DNA of 64,000 nucleotides from Rotaria socialis (Eukaryota): NCBI GenBank assembly GCA_905331295.1, contig CAJNYD010000036.1, positions 1 to 64,000 of the forward strand, read 5' to 3'. Shown piece by piece: positions 59,862 to 64,000 of this stretch (position 1 is its first letter; each line of letters starts with the position of its first letter). The notes under the pieces were generated by a model. It saw only the letters and a program-made list of their open reading frames with translations, ran no database searches and was not told where the DNA came from. The position numbers and the translations under genes were made by a program.

Positions 59862-62800
59862 GAACGTATAAAAGAAAAAAGTAGATGTGATCTAGAATAC
59901 AGATGAAAAAAGAGAAACAAAAATAGTATTCATAAGTTTTTTTTTCTTCTATCTAATCATTCCACCGCCAAGCGTTTTCACTGTTCCATTGTGACCTTGA
60001 TTCACAAAGAATGAAAATAACTTTTTAGTTTGTTAAGTTTCGCTTGTGTCAGAAAGATTACGCAACACAACAAAATAGAAATACTCAGTCAAGAATGGCT
60101 GCTTTATTTTACACCTTATTTTATTAACGAGTCAACATATAAAAAGCAATAAACTGAATACATATCTTATATATATATATATATATAATATTTTTCCGTT
60201 CTGCTCCTTTTCTTTCTTTTTACAGTTGCATTAGCTTAGTTCTATAGTCATGATTCATATCATTGACAAAAATGCACTTGTTTTTGGGTTTAAAATATTT
60301 TCTGTCTGATTTATTACTTTCAGCTGTGGATTATGTTAATAATTAAAATATAAATCTTCTAAAAAAAGTTTGTTTTTAAAAAATATTAAATGAAATGGTT
60401 TTTCTTCTTCTTTAAATATCAACTTTATTGCGGTCATTATTACGAATAAGAATTTATATCGTATTAAATCGGTAGCAAAAACAGCTAGATAATGAATTGA
60501 CATATGACTAAGAAAAGCATGCATTTCCGTTACACAACTACTTGCAAATTTGACTCGTAAAGAAAAATATTGCATTAATAATTATCTCGTCATAGCAAGT
60601 GTAATTTTCTCGTACTTCCGAGAATGTTAAAAAATTTATATTCAATGACTCAAAGTATTATTAGAAGAAAAGTTTACTTCAACTGACCGGTTTCTTTTCA
60701 ATATATGGAGATTTTATGCAATTATAACAGCAATGAAAATAAAAACATTATGTATTATTTTCACTGCGAAGGTACAACGACGTAGGAGTACTTCACTTAA
60801 ATGAGTATTTATGTATGTATAGTATTCGAAAGATGCAAGCATCTATTAATAATAGCAGTTCGTATCTAGACCTCATTATTTGATTAGCATAATGTATACC
60901 TACGTATAATTGTAAATACTTCTGCTTTATTAACAACTGCATGAGAATATCAAGGTAAAACATATTTAGAACATAGATTGTTGGTTTAATGTCAATAAAA
61001 AGAAATAATTGATTGAGACCACCATATTCCAAAATTTTAGTCGATATACAATAGAATACAGCTTTCATTAGTCATAAATTCATGTCGTAAATCGATTCTC
61101 ACAACAATAACTATTTTAAAAAAGACAATAGCTGCTAAAGATTGATAACACTGATTACCGAGATTCATTAGTCATATCGAGTTTTTTGCAACAATAACTT
61201 TCTCCAACTATTGAATGATTTCTATTATTAGTCTCTTCCTGTCTGCAACTTTTATTGATATTTAAAAAGAACAATTTCGACGAGGTGTTCCTGTAAAAGT
61301 TACATCAATCTCGCAAAGTATATCATATTCCAATAGCTTACTATTTAAAAAAAAAGCACCTTGTTTAAGATGACGAGTTAATTTAAAATAATTATGTTTC
61401 AGTGAATTATATCTATGATCATAAAAATGATTTAACTAACTTTATAATCACAACAAATCTCTTGTTTGCTTTTTATCAAAAGTGCCAAATTCAACTCGTA
61501 CATTTATTCTGAAACAAAAACAAAAACACATAAAAGTACTTTTATAACACAAATCTATTTTCAGGTTTAGTTAAATAATCAAGGTGCCATGAAGAACATT
61601 GAGGATACTAAGAAATCACTTACATCATACGAACAAGCGCTACAACTGATCTTACTGTAAATGGCAATTCCCGGATATACTAATATTGTACAATCCATTA
61701 TGTTTGTAGATTTTAAAAATACAAACTATTTTGTAATTTTTGACACAGCAGTTTGACTAATGATTAATTGTTTGTGATCTCTATTCTTTTTATTTGCTAT
61801 AAATTGATTGAATTCTTTTCTACTTATTGCTTTGAGTAAACAAACATATTACACTGCATTCGAGAGGCTTTTCCTTAAATAGAAAATAGACTGATAAAAT
61901 AGAAGTGAATATATGCTAAAATGTCATTTATGAAAATGGTGTGACATTACGCGCCTTTCTAAAAATCTTCTTTCTTTAGATTAAATATCTTCTTTTATCT
62001 CTTTCGTGAAAATGTGCGTCATTCTCAATTGCTAACTTATATATATATATATATATATGTATGATGTAGATCGTAGATGACGCTGCTATCCAAAGATCTA
62101 TTGACAGATAATATTGACGATGTGCATAATTCTTTGGAAAAATAAAATTTTGCACTAGAAATATTTGTTCTGCATGAACTTGAGGAGGTGAAAAATTGAA
62201 AAACAAAAAAGTTCGAAAATGAAATCCTGGTAAAATATAATCTATTTTTACTAGCTACTAACGTCAGAAATTAGAGATAAACTTAATTGTTTTTGTATGT
62301 AACTCATAGTGAAATAGTTCATATCACAATAAATTCGTGAACTTTAAACAATGTTAGAACATCTTGTACTATAGAAATCCGCCTTGAATACATTTTCTGA
62401 TCTCCATTTTGATATTACACATATAATTAGATGAACATGCATTATGTCTTCTAGATGGTAAAAAGCAATTATTTTAATAATATAGTGCAAATAAAACGAT
62501 GACAGATGAGGGTTATGCGTACGAGAAGGTGCTTTGTCCTGTACAACTACTACACGCCTTTCTCCATCATTCGAAGAATCAGAAGACTAAAGGCCACTGT
62601 TTAGGAGTGTTTTTCTATGAGGGCATTAATTCGGAAAGGTATTTCTTAAGTAACAGTTTTTAAGCAATATTCTTGACTGTACAAAATCAGATTATATGAA
62701 CTTGTACTTTATATGAGAAACCTGCAGGAAGTAAAAGTAATTAGACGTTTTACACTTTGAACTTTTGTTTTACAAGCATGATAAATGATAGAAAATTCTG

Positions 62801-63100
62801 TTTTTCTTCATGAAAAAAGCAATCCTTTCAATCTTTTCTCCTTGTGATCAATTAATGGAAAATGATTTAGTCTAATCCTTTTTACGTCTAATCTTAGCGA
62901 TTTAAATTTTCATTAGTACATACGATATCAAATTTCGCTGATGCGCGGACAAAAACAATCGTATGATTTTATTTTGATTTGAGTAAAATCAATATTTTAG
63001 TAGATATATATATATATATATATAATGTTCTATAAAATTCGATATTTTTTGGTATTATTAATTTACATTCGAGCTGGTCTAATCATAGAAAGATATTACC

Positions 63101-64000
63101 ATGCGTGTATTGATTCCTATTCTAGCCTGTTTTTTATTTTATTCATCGAAAGTTTTCGCTGGTCAGGAATTGTCATCATCAACAAATAATGAATGTGACC
63201 CTGCAATAGCATCATGGACTTCGTGGTTTAATACACAAAATCCCCAAACCAATGGCAACGATATCGAAGATATTTCATTCATTCGAAACTCATATGCAGA
63301 AGCAGCTCGCTGTGAACAAGTTTTAAATGTTGAATATTCTGTTTTGGGAAAATCCAATAATAACACATCACTCTATCAAACACTAATCAATAATAATGGT
63401 GTTTTTTGCATGGGTTCACCAACATCCCGTTGTCCAGATTATAGCGTTCGTTTCTGTTGTCGAAAAGAACGACAGCAATGCGGTCAAACATTTCGTCAAC
63501 CTCAAGTAAATTCTCTACTTCGTATTGTCAACGGCTTTGAAGCTAAGCCCCATTCATTGCCATGGGTAGTTTCCTTACAATATAGGGGTGTCCATGATTG
63601 TGGAGGAGTAATTATTGACCAATGGCATATATTAACGGCTGCACATTGTTTAGATTATTCAAATGATCTTCAAAATTATTTTGCTCGTGTTGGTGCACAT
63701 AATAAATATACATCTGGCCAACTTTTACCTATTGCTGAGTTGATTATACATCCAACTTATAATGAAGAACGTTCGACCGATGATATTGGTATTGTTAAAT
63801 TGGCTGCACCAATAAACTTTTCACAAGACATTCAACCAATTTGTCTTTTTGATAGTGTTAGTAAAATCAGTGTTCATCATTTATTTTGAAATGATAGTCT
63901 GATTTGTTATAGGTTGTTGAACCACCACTTGGCGCAACTGTTTTTGTTGCTGGCTGGGGTAATACGGTACATCAAATGTGGAATAGTTCAAGTACCGTTC
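63101..64000 (+). CDS. Secreted trypsin-family serine protease with N-terminal mucin WxxW (CysD) domain; truncated by window end
   Basis: Signal peptide; WTSWFNTQNP...DIE...C...GVFC...CPDYSVRFCC; activation site R|IVNG; LTAAHC; DIGIVKL; intron ~63857-63912 then VFVAGWG. Confidence 0.9.

Noticed and set aside
60793..62650. Fragments resembling membrane-protein or TPR ('SLTSYEQALQL') exons
   Set aside because: Too short and interrupted to support a call.

Overview
AT-rich eukaryotic (metazoan) genomic DNA, gene-dense, with mostly ~50-60 nt GT-AG introns. The composition, tiny introns and bacterial-type genes mixed with animal genes suggest a bdelloid rotifer (inference, not proven). Two assembly breaks are present (100 N at 4946-5045; poly-G plus N at 19326-19346). 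The left end (~1.6-7 kb) is accessory-like: a decayed hAT transposase, a pseudogene of a bacterial-type 'FGMCxGYC...GCPDCADG' protein, and a secreted MACPF-EGF gene. That gene's phase-1 donor splices in frame onto a duplicated, damaged exon of three 'PLYRY..HFYT..EIG..EG' (DUF5648-like) repeats, making it a candidate pore-forming effector with a swappable binding module. The rest holds a divergent S50 homeobox gene, a large AKAP2/MISP-like gene with three phase-incompatible (probably mutually exclusive) exons, small intronless 4-TM genes and pseudogenes, CCDC93, an NFIL3/vrille-like bZIP, BLZF1/golgin-45, FBXO22-like, SYVN1/HRD1, HECTD2-like, DNAJC17, a diacylglycerol kinase, a MAPK phosphatase and a WxxW-domain trypsin. 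Two same-strand gene pairs (FBXO22->BLZF1, HECTD2->DNAJC17) are only ~125-145 nt apart with a splice acceptor just before the downstream ATG, an operon/SL trans-splicing-like layout. All identifications come from motif recognition by eye; no searches were run.
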